The translations under genes were made by a program, and so were the position numbers. A DNA stretch of 63,996 bases, filler included, from a bacterium (GTDB lineage: Bacteria > JAMORN01), in assembly GCA_027063545.1 (NCBI GenBank). It is 16 parts of 16 records of this genome, joined end to end, with 100 filler letters (N's around TTAATTAATTAA, not from the genome) between each part and the next. Parts side by side here need not be neighbours in the genome. Positions count along the whole stretch, not along the records: positions 8,316 to 12,361 come from JAMORN010000237.1; positions 12,462 to 16,496 come from JAMORN010000238.1; positions 16,597 to 20,597 come from JAMORN010000239.1; positions 20,698 to 24,682 come from JAMORN010000240.1; 12 more parts are not named here. One strand, given 5' to 3'. Of this stretch, positions 11,005 to 20,789 are shown one piece after another. Below the pieces are notes generated by a model. It was not told the DNA's origin. It saw nothing but the letters and a program-made list of their open reading frames with translations, and did no database searches. Numbering within the stretch: the first letter of the stretch is position 1; each line of letters starts with the position of its first letter.

Positions 11005-12062
11005 TTACAACTTTAACTGACAAAGAAAAAGAACTTTTTGATAAGATATATAATATTGAAGATATAAATTTTATGGTAACTCTGTTCTGTCCTGGAAGGT
11101 GTAAGTATTGCTCTATATGGAAAAAATCAAAAGAGGAGATAACAAAAGGAGAGATTGATATTAAATATTTTGAAAAAATTTTAACCTCTTATGCTTTAAG
11201 AAATACAAATTATTTTGATTTAACAGGAGGCGAGGTTCATTTATCCCCCAAATACACAGAAGTAGTTAAATTAATAGGGAAATACAAACCAGAAGCATTT
11301 ATTCATACAAATATTAGTGGTTGGTATCCAGAAGTTCATGAGAGGGTAGTAAAAGAGGTGTTAAAGTATATTTCAAAGGAGAATTATAGGATAGATATAT
11401 CCTTAGATGGAAGCAAAGTTAATTATGAGAAAATAAGATTAGTTCCAAATGGGTATGAGAAGGCAATAGAAACAGCAAAAAGGTTAAAAAAGTATGGAAT
11501 TCATCTAAGGTTTATAATGACTATATATAAAGAAAACTATAAGGATATAGAGTATTTAGTAGAGTTGGCAAATGAGTTAGGAATAGGGTATTATTTTGGT
11601 TATGCAAGGGAATCTGCCAATTATTTGGAGAGTGAAGAGAAGGTTGGTTATTTTACAGATGAAGAGATTGAATATATAGAAGAAACACTTCTTAAGGTTG
11701 GTTGGCTTGAAGATGAAAGGCGCGTTCCAAATTGGCTATGGGCTAAGTATTCATATCAGGGTTTTGTACCTTATTTTGAGTGTTATATGGGAAGAATGAG
11801 TTTAGTAATAGATCCTTATGGAAATATCTATCCATGCAATGAACTTCATGATTTTCTTTTTATGGGGTCTTTAAAAGAATATAAAGGAGATATAGATAAA
11901 CTTTTAATCTCACAAGAGGCAATAGATGCTTTAAAAAGGATAGAAAGAAAGGAATGTCAGCCTTGTTCAATGCTATGTGCCCATAAAATAGAGTTTATTT
12001 GGGGAAAACAAACGGGGTTATATGGAAGAGAAGTTAATATGTCCTCTTTGTTTGAACTCTAA
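10983..12062 (+). CDS. Radical SAM / SPASM domain protein
   Basis: CPGRCKYC, LTGGE, ISLDG, and SPASM cysteines CYMG...DPYGNIYPC...CQPCSMLC. Confidence 0.9.
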   Translation: MGRATQIITTLTDKEKELFDKIYNIEDINFMVTLFCPGRCKYCSIWKKSKEEITKGEIDIKYFEKILTSYALRNTNYFDLTGGEVHLSPKYTEVVKLIGKYKPEAFIHTNISGWYPEVHERVVKEVLKYISKENYRIDISLDGSKVNYEKIRLVPNGYEKAIETAKRLKKYGIHLRFIMTIYKENYKDIEYLVELANELGIGYYFGYARESANYLESEEKVGYFTDEEIEYIEETLLKVGWLEDERRVPNWLWAKYSYQGFVPYFECYMGRMSLVIDPYGNIYPCNELHDFLFMGSLKEYKGDIDKLLISQEAIDALKRIERKECQPCSMLCAHKIEFIWGKQTGLYGREVNMSSLFEL

Positions 12063-12361
12063 TTTATTAGAGGCTTACAGAAGGGAAAATACTTTTTTTA
12101 GTATAAATCTAACTCCTTTAGAAAGGAGTTATAATCTTATTATCTATTATTGTAATAAATGTGGATTTGTTTTTCAAGGCTATTCTTATTTTAATAAAGA
12201 GAATTATTTAAAGATAATAAAAAAAGTATATACTCAAAGCTATAATCTTTCTTCCTCAGGGGATTTAGAATTTTCCTATAATTTTATAAAAGAAGAGATA
12301 AATAAAGCAGAAAGAATATTAGAAATAGGTTCATTAAAAGGTGATTTTATTAAATTTTTAG
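12022..12361 (+). CDS. SAM-dependent methyltransferase with N-terminal Zn-binding CxxC..CxxC, 3'-truncated
   Basis: CPLC...CNKCGFVFQ and ILEIGS..G.F motif, as in NDP-sugar C/O-methyltransferases. Confidence 0.75.
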
Positions 12362-12461
12362 NNNNNNNNNNNNNNNNNNNNNNNNNNNNNNNNNNNNNNN
12401 NNNNNTTAATTAATTAANNNNNNNNNNNNNNNNNNNNNNNNNNNNNNNNNNNNNNNNNNNN

Positions 12462-12515
12462 ATAATATTTTTCTATATTTCTCATGGAAGATAAATTTAC
12501 TATAGGTGCTCTCAT
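12462..12515 (-). CDS. N-terminal stub of the next gene (MRAPIVNLSSMRNIEKYY), possibly NnrE/YjeF_N
   Basis: ATG overlaps the wzc-like TGA (ATGA) and the frame is open to the contig end. Resembles the V...MR.ID start of NAD(P)HX epimerases, but is only 18 aa. Confidence 0.35.
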
Positions 12516-14239
12516 ACTATATACTCCCATATAAAATCAGTGGAAGATATCTCTATATCATAGACCAAAAATATGATTTCCTTATTTTTTAATTTTTCAA
12601 TTATCTTATTTAAATATTGTTTTTCTATCTGATTATATTTTAAAGGAATGATTATTATTTTATAATCTTCTATTACAGGATAATTTATCTCCAAATTTCC
12701 TATTATTTTCTCTATTCCATAACTTATAAATATATCTTTTATAGTTTCCTCAACTTTATAGAAAAAGGCTACTATAGTGTGGTTTTTATCTATATCTATT
12801 AGTTCTTTGCTTATCCTATCCTTCATATCTTCTGACTTTGTGATTGTTATAATCTTACTATCCCATGGTAAATCAAATATACTGGTTATATATTCATGGG
12901 TAAATCTTTTATATAGTAAAAAGAATATTCCCAACATAAATCCCATAAAAGAAAATACTATTAAAGTCTTTAATCTTCTAGGTTTTGTTCTTAAATAAGG
13001 GAACTGAGGAGATTGAATTATCCATCTAGAACCTATCTCCTGAAGTTTAGCAATCTTAGTTTGTTCTAATTGAACCAGGAGTCCTCCATATACCCTTTGT
13101 TTGGCCTCTAAAGCTGTTTTTAAACTTAAATATTCTCCTAAAGAGTTAGGATATTTCTCATATATTCTATCTTTTAGTTGTTGTATTTCTTTATCTAGAC
13201 TTGATATTTGGGTCAATATTGCTTTTCTTTTAAAACTATTAGTTGTATAATTTGAATAAAACCTATATTTCATCTCTAACTCTAACTTTGCCTTTATTAA
13301 ATCTCCAAGCATCTGTATTAGCACTGGCATTTCCTCTTCAGGAGAAATAATCTTATTCTTTTTAGAAAACTCTGAAAAAGCCCTATTTAAACTATCAAGT
13401 TCTTGATTGATAGAATCTATAGAATGTTTTATAATTATAAGAACATGATCTTTATCTTTTTCTATTCTATAATATCTCTCCTCAATATACTTTTCTAAAT
13501 AAAAATTTAAAAATTCTGTTACCATTACAGGATCACTATAAGAAAAGTAAAGTATCATTACATTAGTATATTCAATTCCTCCAACAGACAATAAAGAAAA
13601 TAGTTTTTCATATACTGCTCTTGGATATTTATATCCTATTTCAATTTTATAAACTTTTCCTTTTTTCAAAAAAGGCTTTGTTAATATGAAACTAAATCCT
13701 CCTAAATCTACTAACTCTCCAACAGAATACTCTCCGATATATCTATATTTTTTTATACCTATAGTAGAAAGTACTTTAGATAGTACATTATCATCTTTAT
13801 AACTTAGATATACTTTAAATTTATTATCTGATATAACTTTAAGCTTTATTGTCTTAGGATAACAATCTAAAGATATAGGAGAAAAAGCAATATATCTTCT
13901 AATATCCTTATCTATTTTATACCATTTTATCTTCATTGCCCACTCATAAAAAGCCTTCTTTTTAATATCATCAGAAACTATAAACTCTGTTTCATCAAAA
14001 ATAGAACCTCCACCAACTCCTCCCAAAAATGAAGATAGAGAAAAACCTCCAATAGATGGTAGATTTCCTATCATTGACCTTGTTAATAAAATCTTACTCT
14101 TTGAATCAAATTGTGGGGTTAGAATAAAAGTGTAAAGAAGAGAAAATAAACTAAATATAAAGGTAAAAAATATTATATAAATCTTTTCTCGCCATAAGTA
14201 AAAAAAAATACTTTGAAAAAATCTTATCAACTTCATCAT
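12512..14239 (-). CDS. Polysaccharide co-polymerase (Wzz/Wzc, GumC-like)
   Basis: N-terminal TM followed by TPQFDSKS, coiled-coil periplasmic region, P.....KPRR followed by TM2, then a short cytoplasmic tail. Confidence 0.85.
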   Translation of the reverse strand: MMKLIRFFQSIFFYLWREKIYIIFFTFIFSLFSLLYTFILTPQFDSKSKILLTRSMIGNLPSIGGFSLSSFLGGVGGGSIFDETEFIVSDDIKKKAFYEWAMKIKWYKIDKDIRRYIAFSPISLDCYPKTIKLKVISDNKFKVYLSYKDDNVLSKVLSTIGIKKYRYIGEYSVGELVDLGGFSFILTKPFLKKGKVYKIEIGYKYPRAVYEKLFSLLSVGGIEYTNVMILYFSYSDPVMVTEFLNFYLEKYIEERYYRIEKDKDHVLIIIKHSIDSINQELDSLNRAFSEFSKKNKIISPEEEMPVLIQMLGDLIKAKLELEMKYRFYSNYTTNSFKRKAILTQISSLDKEIQQLKDRIYEKYPNSLGEYLSLKTALEAKQRVYGGLLVQLEQTKIAKLQEIGSRWIIQSPQFPYLRTKPRRLKTLIVFSFMGFMLGIFFLLYKRFTHEYITSIFDLPWDSKIITITKSEDMKDRISKELIDIDKNHTIVAFFYKVEETIKDIFISYGIEKIIGNLEINYPVIEDYKIIIIPLKYNQIEKQYLNKIIEKLKNKEIIFLVYDIEISSTDFIWEYIV

Positions 14240-14246
14240 AACATAA

Positions 14247-15818
14247 TTACTTCTCTTCTAGTTTATCTTTTATGTTTATATATGCAATTATAATGGTAGC
14301 TGCAGAAGCCGCAACAGCTAATACATCTTTTACAAGCTCCCATGAAGGTCGATTAGTATATGATACAAACTCTGGTACATATATCACATCACCTGGATAT
14401 AAAGGGGTTCGAGAATAAAGTTTTTCTATTTTACCATTTCTAGATCTTATAACCCTAATTAAACCATTATAAGCAAATCTATTTTTTCCTCCTGCTAAAT
14501 TTAGATAATAAGTTCCTTTTTTACCTTCTATCCATTTATAACATCCTGGCTTTCCAACCCATCCAAATACACAAACAACTTCACTTTTAGCTGGAACAAA
14601 AACCGTATCTCCATCTTTTAATTTTATATGCAAATCAAGATTTTTATTCTTATAATCTGAAAATCTAATCATATTTAAAAATCTAAAATTTTTAAAAGGC
14701 CCTATATTAATGTAATGATTTCTTTTTATGTATATACCATAAAGATTAGCATCTTTAGTTAACCCAACTTTTTCTAACAATGAATCTAATGTTAAGCTAT
14801 CAAAAAATCCATATATACCAGGTCTTATTACTTCTCCTTTTATTTCAACCTCTTTAATCCTTGCAAACTTCCAGTTGAATGCTACATAAACATGCATATA
14901 AGGCTCTATTTTTAACTTTTTAAGTTGTGATAAAGTATATATCTTTGTCTCTTTTTCCAGTGGATAAACAACTTGAATATATGAAGTATCTGCATATAAA
15001 GTAACACCGCCTGCTAGTTTTATAAAATCATAAACATTTTTCTCTTCATTGGTTATCTCATAAACATCCGGAAAATTTACCGCACCTTTTATATAAACAA
15101 CCTTATCTTTAAAATTAAACTTTATTACATCTCCATCATTTAATACAGGATTATATCTTAAATCTCCTGTTACCAAGAATTTTCTTAAATCTCCTCTTAT
15201 TATAGTATCGTTTCTTATAATTTTTATATTTCTTAAAGATACTTTCTTAGGAAATCTAGGAATATATACAGAATATCTATAATACTCTGGCTTAGCTGTC
15301 AAAAATTTTGAACTAACTTCCTCTGTTTTATCTGTAAAACTCTCATTCCTAGATAAATTTATTAAAGCATCCTGCTCACCTATTTCATAAGATCTCAAAT
15401 TAAAATCTTTAAATCTATATCCTTTATAATTTATAGATTTTAATATTGTTGATAATCTTGACCCCGAGGGTAAAAGCAATTCTCCAGGATATTCTATTGC
15501 CCCAACCAAAGTAATCTTTATTGTTCCTGGTCCAACTTTGTACACTGAAAATTTTATATATTTTAATTTTTTCTCTAGTATTTTTTCTAATTTATTTTGT
15601 AGTTCAGATTCTGTGTAATTTTTAACTGTTATTGTTGAATCTAAATAAGGTAAATAAATCTTTCCACTTTTATCTACTACTACATATCTTGAATAACTAT
15701 AGTCAGGCCATGATTCTATATATAATATATCTCCAGGAGATATATAAGAGCCATAAAGATTTGAAATTAATAAAAAAATTATACTACTTAAAATTATGTA
15801 CAATTTCTGTAAATTCAT
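14247..15818 (-). CDS. Polysaccharide export protein with Poly_export and multiple SLBB domains (Wza/KpsD-like)
   Basis: YISPGDILYI...VDKSGKIYLPY and repeated V.G.V..PG.Y / L.DGD.I SLBB motifs. A signal peptide follows the ATG at 15818. Confidence 0.88.
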   Translation of the reverse strand: MNLQKLYIILSSIIFLLISNLYGSYISPGDILYIESWPDYSYSRYVVVDKSGKIYLPYLDSTITVKNYTESELQNKLEKILEKKLKYIKFSVYKVGPGTIKITLVGAIEYPGELLLPSGSRLSTILKSINYKGYRFKDFNLRSYEIGEQDALINLSRNESFTDKTEEVSSKFLTAKPEYYRYSVYIPRFPKKVSLRNIKIIRNDTIIRGDLRKFLVTGDLRYNPVLNDGDVIKFNFKDKVVYIKGAVNFPDVYEITNEEKNVYDFIKLAGGVTLYADTSYIQVVYPLEKETKIYTLSQLKKLKIEPYMHVYVAFNWKFARIKEVEIKGEVIRPGIYGFFDSLTLDSLLEKVGLTKDANLYGIYIKRNHYINIGPFKNFRFLNMIRFSDYKNKNLDLHIKLKDGDTVFVPAKSEVVCVFGWVGKPGCYKWIEGKKGTYYLNLAGGKNRFAYNGLIRVIRSRNGKIEKLYSRTPLYPGDVIYVPEFVSYTNRPSWELVKDVLAVAASAATIIIAYINIKDKLEEK

Positions 15819-16496
15819 GTAATTGTTCCCATTTATCTCTATCTTCAAAATAATTTCCAATTACTATAAAATCAGCTCCCGCTTCTAACTTGGCTTTTAT
15901 TGTCTGTTTATCCCTAATTCCTCCACCTACCATTAAAGGAATATCCTTTAATACCATACTTACCTTTTTTATCATTTCCTCTGGTACTGAATACTTTGCT
16001 CCAGAACCAGCCTCAAGATATATCATTTTCATCCCTAAATAATAAGCAGCCAAAGCATGAGCTACAGCTAAATCACTCTTTTCTCTTGGAATTGGCCTTG
16101 TGTTAGACATAAACTCTACAGTTGTTGAAATTCCAGACTCTACTAAGATATAAGCTGTTGGTATAACTGGGAAATTATTTTTAAATATTAAAGGAGCTGC
16201 TATAACATGCTCTCCAATTAAATATTGAGGATTTCTTCCAGACACTAAAGATAAAAATAGCATACCATCAGCTTCAAAACAAATTTGACTTACTCCTCCT
16301 GGGAATAGAATTAATGGTATATTCAAATGATTTTTTAATTTTTTTACTAATTCTTTTGTTGTTTTATTTACCAATATTGAAGAACCTATTAATATAAAAT
16401 CAATATCTGCTTTTTGGATATTATTAATTAAATTATCAATTAAAGATAAGTTAACTTTATCCGGATCTAATAAAAGGCCAAAACCTTTTTTATTCT
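15784..16496 (-). CDS. Geranylgeranylglyceryl/heptaprenylglyceryl phosphate synthase (group II type), 5'-truncated
   Basis: Frame open to the contig end (LLLDPDK...FILIGSS). PLILFPG, SLVSGRNPQYLIG, YLEAGSGA, VGGGIR, GADFIVIGN. Confidence 0.92.
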
Positions 16497-16596
16497 NNNN
16501 NNNNNNNNNNNNNNNNNNNNNNNNNNNNNNNNNNNNNNNNTTAATTAATTAANNNNNNNNNNNNNNNNNNNNNNNNNNNNNNNNNNNNNNNNNNNN

Positions 16597-17096
16597 TAAT
16601 CTCTAGCCTATATTTATCAACTCATATGAATCCCCAAAATCTTGGAGTATTTGTATTAAAACTTTTTATAATGATAATAGTTCCGTTTTCTTTTTCCTTT
16701 ATTGTAAAAAAAATATTTAAAAATTTATCCAACTATAAAAAAATTATATCAAAAATTAATGTGACTTCTTTAATGTATATTATCTTTATCGCAAGCAATC
16801 TTGCTTTTTATAAACTAAAAACTACCAATAATATCAATTATATATATATCTTTTCACCTATACTAATAGGTATGATTAATTATTTTATAGGCACAAAACT
16901 TTCTAGAAATCCTTTAATAAAAGCAAATACCTCTATTATTATTGGATACAGAAACACATCTCTAACTATCTGGATTGCAATTTCGTTTTTTGACTATATA
17001 GACTCTATACCTGCTGTTGTTTATATAATAGTCCAACACACTCTTAATATCTTTACGCTTTCAATCTTACATATAAAAGATTCAAAAAGAAAATAA
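16597..17096 (+). CDS. Bile acid:sodium symporter (BASS) family membrane protein, 5'-truncated
   Basis: Multi-TM protein with GYRNTSLTIWIA...PAVVYIIVQH C-terminal motif. Confidence 0.65.
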
Positions 17097-17132
17097 AAAA
17101 AGCCTGTGCTTTTAAATTAGCACAGGCCTTTT
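17095..17132. terminator. Bidirectional intrinsic terminator
   Basis: Stem GCCTGTGCT / AGCACAGGC with an A-tract before and TTTT after, between convergent genes. Confidence 0.85.
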
Positions 17133-17165
17133 GATAGGTTATAAAAAATTTATAAAAGAAAAATA

Positions 17166-18041
17166 TTATTCTACACCTTGAGCCTTTTGGGCTTTCGCTT
17201 TTCTAACAATTACAGGATCATACCAAATACCTTTAACAAATTTCTTTGCTTCTTTCTCAAACTCATCAAAATGTTGACTACTTACAGATAACTTATCTAA
17301 ATATTCTTTTTCTATTTTATCTATTCTATTATAATTTTTTCTTGTAATTGTAGCCTTTCCTATAACCTTTTTCCTAACACATACCTTTTTCCCATCTTTT
17401 CCCTCATATTTAACACAAACATAAGCATACTCTTTAAATACCTTTATTTGTGGAAATTTATCAAAAATTGCACCAGCCAAATCACCTGTCGGAAATCCTA
17501 ATACAGTTCTTTTTAAATACTCATAAAATGTTTTCCAATCCTTAATTCTTTTTGTTTCATTATAATAATCTGTCATATCTGTCCAATTTATAACAGTATG
17601 GCCTCTAACCTCAACCTTCATTGTATCACCAATATAGTATGGATTATCCTTTATTTGAAAATTCCATACAAAATTTTGAACTTGAACCTGAAGCGGATCA
17701 TCTGGATTTACTGGTTTTGGTTGATATTTAGGCTTTGGAGGATTTTTCTTTGCTACTATTTCATTAATTTTTGCTATTGTTTTTATAGCCATATTTCTTT
17801 CTGCAGGATTCTTGGCTGAATTTGCATACTCTTCAATATAAGGTATTGCTTCCTTAGATCCTAACTTCCCTAAATAAAATAAAGCCATTTTTCTTACTTC
17901 TAAATCTGGATCCTTTAAATATTCTGCTATTTTAGGTATACTGCTGGGACCTTGATTGTATAGTTTTTCAAGTTCCTCTTTTTTATTTGAACATGCTATT
18001 GTTAAAAAAACAATCAGTAATAATACTAAAATTTTTTTCAT
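17166..18041 (-). CDS. HEAT-repeat lipoprotein
   Basis: Lipobox LTIAC; HEAT-like YLKDPDLEVRKMALFYLGKLG..EAIP; Pro-rich linker; unknown C-terminal domain. SD AAGGAGG. Confidence 0.7.
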   Translation of the reverse strand: MKKILVLLLIVFLTIACSNKKEELEKLYNQGPSSIPKIAEYLKDPDLEVRKMALFYLGKLGSKEAIPYIEEYANSAKNPAERNMAIKTIAKINEIVAKKNPPKPKYQPKPVNPDDPLQVQVQNFVWNFQIKDNPYYIGDTMKVEVRGHTVINWTDMTDYYNETKRIKDWKTFYEYLKRTVLGFPTGDLAGAIFDKFPQIKVFKEYAYVCVKYEGKDGKKVCVRKKVIGKATITRKNYNRIDKIEKEYLDKLSVSSQHFDEFEKEAKKFVKGIWYDPVIVRKAKAQKAQGVE

Positions 18042-18078
18042 TTATACCTCCTTAGATTTAATTTTTTCTTCTTTTTTT

Positions 18079-18107
18079 AAAATAAAAAAATCTCTTTTCT
18101 TTTACAA
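18079..18107 (-). promoter_or_regulatory. Sigma-70-type promoter TTGTAA-N17-TATTTT
   Basis: Exact 17-nt spacing, upstream of the HEAT lipoprotein gene. Confidence 0.55.
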
Positions 18108-18128
18108 AAACTTTATTTAAGCGTTTTA

Positions 18129-19595
18129 TTATTCTCTATACCATTTAGTTCCTTCAGGTGTATCTACTAAAACTATCCCTTTTGATTTCAAATAGTCTCT
18201 AATCTCGTCTGCCTTTTTAAAGTTTTTCTCTTTTCTATATCTACTTCTTTCCTGGATAAGCTTATTTATTTCTTCCTCTGAAATTTCTAAGTTATCTTTA
18301 GAAGATTTATCTTCTTTCCAAAAAATAAAGCCTAAAATCCTGTCCATTTTTCTTAATATTTCTATTATATAATCCTTTTCTTGTTTTGAGATCTTATCCT
18401 TTTGATTATAATATTTTATTATATTAAAAAGATAAGATATAGCCTTTGAAATATTTAGATCATCTCTTATACTATCTTCAAAGCCCTCAAGCATTTCATC
18501 TAAAAACTTCTTATCAAATTCTTTTATTTTATCGTCTACCTTTAATTCTAAAAATTTTAGGAAATTATCAATTCTCTCTAAAGATGATTCTGCTGACTTT
18601 AAAGCATCAAATGTAAAATTAAGTTTTTGTCTATAATGTTTTGTTATTAAAACATATCTTATTACCCTTGGAGAATATCCCATTTTAAGTAAATCCCTTA
18701 AAGTATAAAAATTTCCTAAAGATTTTGACATCTTTTTACCATCAACAAGAAGATGTTCACAATGACTCCATACATTAACAAAAGGTTTATTAACAACAGG
18801 TTCTGCCTGAGCAATCTCATTTTCATGATGAGGGAATATATTATCAACTCCTCCACAATGAATATCTATAGTTCTAAATTTTTCAGGATGATATTCGCCA
18901 TTCTCAAAAACCCCTCCTAGATGTTTAAAATTCATAACTGTACATTCTATATGCCAACCTGGTCTTCCCTTACCTAGTTCAGTTTCCCAATAAACCTTTC
19001 CATCCTTCTCATCCCACGCCTTCCATAATGCAAAATCACCAAAATACTCTTTTGTATATTCATCTTGGTTAATCCTAACCCCTTTTTTTAGTTTATCTTT
19101 ATCTACTTCAAATAATTGTCCATAATCCTTAAATTTATTTACAGAATAATAAATAGACCCATCTTCCCCCCTATAAGCATAACCTTTATCCATTAAATCC
19201 TTAATTACCTCAACAATTTCTTTGATATGTTCTGTTGCTCTTGGATATACATCTGCTCTTTCTATGTTTAAAGTATCTATATCCTCTAAGAATGCTTTTG
19301 TATATTTTTCTGTATATTCTTTTAAATCTTCTCCTGTTTCATTAACAGCCTTAATAATCTTATCCTCCACATCTGTTATATTCATAACATGCTTAACTTT
19401 ATACCCAAAATATTTTAAAGTTCTTTTAAGAAGATCTTCAAACATATATGCCCTTAAGTTTCCTATATGAGCATAATTATAAACTGTAGGACCGCAAGTA
19501 TATAGAGTAATTAACTCATCTTTAGACCTATTAAACTTCTCTTTTTTCTTTGTTTTTGTATTATATAAATAAATCTTTTTTTCTTCAGGATTCAT
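18129..19595 (-). CDS. cysS: Cysteine--tRNA ligase
   Basis: CGPTVY..AHIGN, GRPGWHIEC, DIHCGGVD..FPHHENE, KMSKS. Confidence 0.98.
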   Translation of the reverse strand: MNPEEKKIYLYNTKTKKKEKFNRSKDELITLYTCGPTVYNYAHIGNLRAYMFEDLLKRTLKYFGYKVKHVMNITDVEDKIIKAVNETGEDLKEYTEKYTKAFLEDIDTLNIERADVYPRATEHIKEIVEVIKDLMDKGYAYRGEDGSIYYSVNKFKDYGQLFEVDKDKLKKGVRINQDEYTKEYFGDFALWKAWDEKDGKVYWETELGKGRPGWHIECTVMNFKHLGGVFENGEYHPEKFRTIDIHCGGVDNIFPHHENEIAQAEPVVNKPFVNVWSHCEHLLVDGKKMSKSLGNFYTLRDLLKMGYSPRVIRYVLITKHYRQKLNFTFDALKSAESSLERIDNFLKFLELKVDDKIKEFDKKFLDEMLEGFEDSIRDDLNISKAISYLFNIIKYYNQKDKISKQEKDYIIEILRKMDRILGFIFWKEDKSSKDNLEISEEEINKLIQERSRYRKEKNFKKADEIRDYLKSKGIVLVDTPEGTKWYRE

Positions 19596-19642
19596 TTCTC
19601 CTCTCCCTTATATAATTTTTTGATTACTTATAAAAGTATAAA

Positions 19643-20185
19643 TTACAGACTATATACTTTTATATTATTATTAGTATAAATACAAATTGAAGCTGCTATT
19701 TTTAGAGACTCCTCAACTATCTTTTCGAGTTTCATTTTTTTTGCACTCATTAAAAATGCCTTTGCTGCAGCTAAGGCATAAGGCCCTCCTGAACCAATAG
19801 CAACTATTCCATCTTCAGGTTCAATTATATCACCACTTCCAGATATAATTAAAGCTTTTTTCTCATCAAGTACAGCAAGCATTGCTTCTAGTTTCATTAA
19901 ATACTTATCAGATCTCCATTTTTTTGCAAGTTCAACTGCTGCTCTTTCAATATTTCCATTATATTCATTTAATTTCCCTTCAAACTCATCTAATAATATT
20001 AAAGCATCTGCTGTTGCGCCTGCAAAACCTACTAAGACACTATCTTCATATAATTTTCTTATTTTAGTAGTATTATTCTTTAAAATAGTATCTCCCAAAG
20101 TAATCTGTCCATCTCCACCTATAACTGCTCTATTATCCTTTACTATTCCTAAAATTGTTGTCCCATGAATTTTTAACTGACTCAT
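19643..20185 (-). CDS. hslV: ATP-dependent protease peptidase subunit HslV
   Basis: HG|TTI N-terminal Thr nucleophile, GDGQITLG, GFAGATADA, AIGSGG.YA, ICIYTN. Confidence 0.96.
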   Translation of the reverse strand: MSQLKIHGTTILGIVKDNRAVIGGDGQITLGDTILKNNTTKIRKLYEDSVLVGFAGATADALILLDEFEGKLNEYNGNIERAAVELAKKWRSDKYLMKLEAMLAVLDEKKALIISGSGDIIEPEDGIVAIGSGGPYALAAAKAFLMSAKKMKLEKIVEESLKIAASICIYTNNNIKVYSL

Positions 20186-20190
20186 ATCTT

Positions 20191-20597
20191 TTACTCCTTG
20201 TTATTCTCAAGAGGATGTGCTTTTTTATATATTTCTTTTAGTTTTTTATAATTTAAATGGGTATAAATCTGAGTTGTTGATAGACTTGAATGTCCTAAAA
20301 ATTCTTTTACAATCCTTATATCTGCTCCCTCATTTAAAATATGTGTAGCAAAGGTATGTCGCAATGCATGGGGATGATTCTTCTTTCTAAATAGTCTTTT
20401 ATTTATGTATCTATCAACAACCAGTTCAATACCTCTTTGAGTAATAGGTTTAAACCTTTGATTATAAAAAATAAAATTTTTTAAGTCAATCTCTTTATTT
20501 TTGATTTTTGCTTCCTCTTTTAGTTTATTTAAATAAATTTTTAAAACTTTTAAACTTTCATCTGATATTGGTATTATTCTTTCCTTTGCTCCTTTCC
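20191..20597 (-). CDS. xerC: Tyrosine recombinase XerC, 5'-truncated (missed by the ORF track)
   Basis: Manual translation KGAKERIIPI...HPHALRHTFATHILNEGADIRIVKEFLGHSSLSTTQIYTH...KAHPLENNKE*, upstream of hslV. Confidence 0.9.
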
Positions 20598-20697
20598 NNN
20601 NNNNNNNNNNNNNNNNNNNNNNNNNNNNNNNNNNNNNNNNNTTAATTAATTAANNNNNNNNNNNNNNNNNNNNNNNNNNNNNNNNNNNNNNNNNNNN

Positions 20698-20789
20698 TTA
20701 ACATTAGTATTTAAAAGTTCAAAAAACTCCTTTATAGTTTCTAACATTTGTTTATCATCATCAACAAATAAAACCCTATAACCCTTCAA
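20698..20789 (-). CDS. Response-regulator receiver domain protein, N-terminal stub
   Basis: TTG start overlapping the upstream TGA, SD GGAGG. MKGYRVLFVDDDKQMLETIKEFF carries the receiver VDD motif. Confidence 0.7.

Noticed and set aside
12022-14239. Treating the radical SAM/GT cluster and the wzc/wza genes as one capsule locus
   Set aside because: They are on different contigs separated by the 12362-12461 linker; their adjacency only reflects sorting by length.
20191-20597. Tyrosine recombinase as a phage or island integrase
   Set aside because: The C-terminal AHP motif and the position upstream of hslV match chromosomal XerC; the neighbours are housekeeping genes.
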